Positions 60,965-64,000 of a DNA stretch of 64,000 nucleotides are shown here, in pieces. Source of the stretch: Escherichia phage vB_EcoM_LNA2; sequence record MZ311865.1. The stretch is one strand, 5' to 3'. How positions within the stretch are numbered: the stretch's first letter is position 1; the number at the start of each line of letters is the position of its first letter. A model generated the notes under the pieces. That model saw only the letters and a list, made by a program, of their open reading frames with translations. It was not told the origin of the DNA and did not search any database. A program made the position numbers and the translations under genes.

Positions 60965-61642
60965 TTATCGCTGTTTTACACTTAACGGGTCAGGATTCTC
61001 AGGGACATCTTCAAGGCCAAGCGCATAACGCTGAGCATATTTTAACATCAAAATATCTTTAGCACAATCATGAATACTATCATGGGCAACGAATCCTTTT
61101 AGCGTACCCATCGGTAATGGACACATACTTAATCCTCGTGTCAACGAGTAAGCTTCGATTGCTGTACGAATATCACGTTGAGCCCAGAATTTAACCGGTT
61201 CTAATTTATCAGTATCAATATCTGGTTCAAGAACACCTTCATCACGATAGAGGTCACGAATCAAATCGACCAAGATTGGGAAGTCAAAGCTCATACCACG
61301 GCACCACATCTGTGATTTCCATTGGTCAACTTTATTAGCTCGACAATAATCTAAAAAGATTTTAATGCCTTCAAGCGTAGTGACATCGTCTTCAGACGGA
61401 GCCAAGTTTTTACGCGCTTCAGCAGATTGTTCTTTCCACCATTTCATAGTGGATTTAGCGAAAACTCGCTTCCCTTTCTGAGAAGCTAAATTAAATTTAA
61501 TTCGCTTACCTCGTTGAACAAGGTCTTCAAATGATTCAACAACTTCTGGGTCGGAATTATATGCAATAACCGCAAGGTCAATAACAGCCGCTTTTGATGT
61601 ATTGCCGAATGTTTCAAAATCTATAATAACATCAGTGCTCAT
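60965..61642 (-). CDS. dexA: exonuclease A (DEDD/DnaQ-like 3'-5' exonuclease)
   Basis: 225 aa (T4 DexA 227 aa); N-terminal IIDFETFG Exo I motif; adjacent to dda. Confidence 0.8.
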   Translation of the reverse strand: MSTDVIIDFETFGNTSKAAVIDLAVIAYNSDPEVVESFEDLVQRGKRIKFNLASQKGKRVFAKSTMKWWKEQSAEARKNLAPSEDDVTTLEGIKIFLDYCRANKVDQWKSQMWCRGMSFDFPILVDLIRDLYRDEGVLEPDIDTDKLEPVKFWAQRDIRTAIEAYSLTRGLSMCPLPMGTLKGFVAHDSIHDCAKDILMLKYAQRYALGLEDVPENPDPLSVKQR

Positions 61643-61651
61643 AATTTTCTC

Positions 61652-62965
61652 TCAAATAAAATGGACGTCAAACCGGCCACGAGTTGTGCCGACATACAAT
61701 AACTGTTTAGCTAATTCTGAATCGGCATAATGGATACACGGTGTATAAACAAAGGCCGTGTCAACAGACATACCCTGAGCCTTATGGAAGGTTGATACTG
61801 GTAGTGCCTTCACCTTAGTGAACATACGTTTAGCATCCCAGAATTCGCTCCATGGAGCTTTACCACCTTTATTCCAGAATTTGTATGTTTCTGCTGTCTT
61901 AGCCAAAAACAAATTGAATTTATAAAGCTCTTCTTCAGAAGAAATAACCTTTATATCTTCACGGATGTATTCTTCATCATCCCCATATGTTTCTACTGTA
62001 AGATTCCAGTATCGTATCATATATTCGCCTGAAACACCACGTGCTTTAACGAATGTAGACGTTTCTACAGCATCTCGAATACGAACGAATTGCCCATTAT
62101 TGAAAAGCATTTCGGTCATATTTTTACCGTCTAGCTTATATGTCTTAGTAAATGGCTCTTGTAGAACAATGACTTCGTCTTTAATAAATGGTTTTTCTGT
62201 TTCAAGAAGTTTTCGGCGAATAATTGAATTTAACTTGTCCACCGACTTATTTGTGAATGCCATCATTCGATTTTCGAAAAGGTCTTCAGGAGTTTTAACG
62301 ACGTTAAAATAGTTCATCATATACGATTTAAGGTCTGTATATCCATGAACACCGTGTCCATCAACTACTTTATCGTAAATCCATTTGCCATTACGAATAT
62401 CAGTCGCAACATCAATAATTGGTGCATTACTACGTTTAACTTCTGTAAGGTTGCATTGCACGAAGTCTTTGTGAGTGAAGAAAGGACTTAGATACGCAGT
62501 TGATTCGCCTGGGTCTACCGGTCGAATTTGACATCGGTCGCCGATTCCAATTACTGTGCACCATTTAGGGATACTAGCTAACATTATTTTAAACAGAGAA
62601 CGGTCGCACATTGACGCTTCATCAAATAACAGTACACGACACAAGGCTAAGTCGGGAACCTTTTTCTGTTCAAACAATACGTTTTCTTCGTATGTAGTTG
62701 GGTTGATTTTAAGAATGCTATGAATAGTCGATGCTTCTTGACCTGCAAGTTTGCTTAGAACCTTTTTAGCAGCATGTGTAGGGGCTGCTAAAATAATACC
62801 TGATTCTCCAGAAGAAATAAGGGCTTCAACGATGAATCTAGTAAGGGTTGTTTTACCTGTACCAGCAGGTCCATTAATAGTTACATGATGTTTCTTTTCT
62901 TTAATAGCTTCCATAACAACGTTGAAGGCGTTTTTCTGGCCTTCAGTCAAATCATCAAATGTCAT
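61652..62965 (-). CDS. dda: Dda DNA helicase (SF1B)
   Basis: 437 aa (T4 Dda 439 aa); Walker A GPAGTGKT, Walker B LLFDEASM, C-terminal VGTTRGR. Confidence 0.9.
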   Translation of the reverse strand: MTFDDLTEGQKNAFNVVMEAIKEKKHHVTINGPAGTGKTTLTRFIVEALISSGESGIILAAPTHAAKKVLSKLAGQEASTIHSILKINPTTYEENVLFEQKKVPDLALCRVLLFDEASMCDRSLFKIMLASIPKWCTVIGIGDRCQIRPVDPGESTAYLSPFFTHKDFVQCNLTEVKRSNAPIIDVATDIRNGKWIYDKVVDGHGVHGYTDLKSYMMNYFNVVKTPEDLFENRMMAFTNKSVDKLNSIIRRKLLETEKPFIKDEVIVLQEPFTKTYKLDGKNMTEMLFNNGQFVRIRDAVETSTFVKARGVSGEYMIRYWNLTVETYGDDEEYIREDIKVISSEEELYKFNLFLAKTAETYKFWNKGGKAPWSEFWDAKRMFTKVKALPVSTFHKAQGMSVDTAFVYTPCIHYADSELAKQLLYVGTTRGRFDVHFI

Positions 62966-63273
62966 CGTAAAGTCCCTGCAATTGGAATACTAACAATACG
63001 GCCTGTATCCAGGATTCGTTGATACAATTTTTGCGTCTCCGCATCTAGTTTAATGTGTTTCATTTCAAGCTTATTAAACCAGAATTTACGCGGAGTTTCG
63101 ACCATTCTTAGAACTCCCATTTTTAAATCTGTTTTATACTGTGTTTTCAAAGTATCGAAAACTTTATCTGCAATATCCTTTCTAAAAAATACTGCAGGAC
63201 GATGCTCATCAAGTGGAACCGGGACAGTAAATCCTTCCATATCTCGATAAACTATTGCATATACATAAACCAT
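62962..63273 (-). CDS. hypothetical protein (dda.1 position)
   Basis: 103-aa ORF with ATGA overlap to dda. Confidence 0.45.
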   Translation of the reverse strand: MVYVYAIVYRDMEGFTVPVPLDEHRPAVFFRKDIADKVFDTLKTQYKTDLKMGVLRMVETPRKFWFNKLEMKHIKLDAETQKLYQRILDTGRIVSIPIAGTLR

Positions 63274-63275
63274 AA

Positions 63276-64000
63276 TTAACCTTTAATCAGTTGGAATAAT
63301 GATGCGCTAAGTGGTAAGCCACGTTTCAATTTTAATTTACCAATGAAACCGATCTTTTCAAAACGTTGCAGACCTTGGATAACTTTATCATATGTATCGA
63401 AAAGCGATTCAGCGTCAGTTAATTTAGTTTTAGTTTTCCAGTCAGAGCCTTTAAGAAGAACGTTGAGTTTAGTAAGTTCACGGCCTTCTGCTTGATGTGA
63501 GCCATTAATGCGTGCTTTCAAAGCAACAATTCTAAGTTTAGATTCGTTAGATAAAGGTTGATTTTTCATCATGTTCGCCATATGCTTAACACGATTTTCA
63601 CGTTTTGCTCGGATTTTTAAAATAGTACCATAAACCTTTTTAATTTGGGCCCATTTCTTCTCGTCGAGATTAAGTTTCTCTACTTTACTGGCAGAAGGAT
63701 TAGCGATACGTCTTGCAATGGCATCACGTTTCTCAATAAGCTCTTCTAATGTTAAATCAGAACGAGCCGTGTTATATTTTTTCTTAACTGGGATAACATT
63801 ACCTTTAATGTAGCCTATATCATTATTAAAACGTTCTAAGGATAATTTCTCACCTTCAACAGAGTTATTGAAAGATTCACCTGAGTAAGCGCAGACCTTT
63901 TGATCAAGAATGTTTTTAAGGTAATTAAAGTCTAAGTTAAAATCCTTAGAGCGCCTCTTCGCAGAAGCTCTGGTGTGGTCAAGACGACGATTGATTTTGT
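63276..64000 (-). CDS. hypothetical protein, 5' end beyond window (srd/modA-side region)
   Basis: Hand translation shows the track's 101-aa ORF is in frame and continuous with upstream sequence to the window edge (>240 codons: ...KINRRLDHTRASAKRRSKDF...LERFNNDIGYIKGNVIPV...MANMMKNQ...); product not identified. Confidence 0.5.
   Translation of the reverse strand, partial: KINRRLDHTRASAKRRSKDFNLDFNYLKNILDQKVCAYSGESFNNSVEGEKLSLERFNNDIGYIKGNVIPVKKKYNTARSDLTLEELIEKRDAIARRIANPSASKVEKLNLDEKKWAQIKKVYGTILKIRAKRENRVKHMANMMKNQPLSNESKLRIVALKARINGSHQAEGRELTKLNVLLKGSDWKTKTKLTDAESLFDTYDKVIQGLQRFEKIGFIGKLKLKRGLPLSASLFQLIKG

Overview
This window is a T4-like (Tevenvirinae) myovirus genome segment with near-perfect T4 synteny, read from the translated ORFs by recognition of T4 homologues and motifs (no database search was possible). 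Left to right: uvsY (3' part), baseplate hub/wedge genes 25-26-51-27-28-29-48-54, alt, DNA ligase (30), the 30.x accessory block, rIII, 31, cd, pseT, spanins, alc, rnlA (63), denA, nrdB, nrdA, td, frd, 32, 59, 33, dsbA, rnh, long-tail-fibre genes 34-35-36-37-38, holin t, asiA, arn-like, motA, 52, ndd, rIIB, rIIA, 39, dexA, dda. No tRNA, CRISPR array, intron or homing endonuclease was seen: td and nrdB are uninterrupted and gene 39 is one fused 605-aa ORF. Three things stand out against that backbone: (1) a host-like DAHP synthase (AroF/AroG family) inserted next to cd; (2) a GT-B glycosyltransferase between rIIA.1 and gene 39, flanked by hairpins, a candidate DNA-sugar-modification enzyme; (3) a family of about 20 stereotyped early-promoter/hairpin/RBS cassettes on the minus strand, including one ~80-bp duplicated promoter-leader and three tandem paralogous genes each with its own cassette. 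Several sub-60-aa genes missed by the ORF track are also proposed. Coordinates of small motifs were counted by hand and may be off by 1-2 nt.
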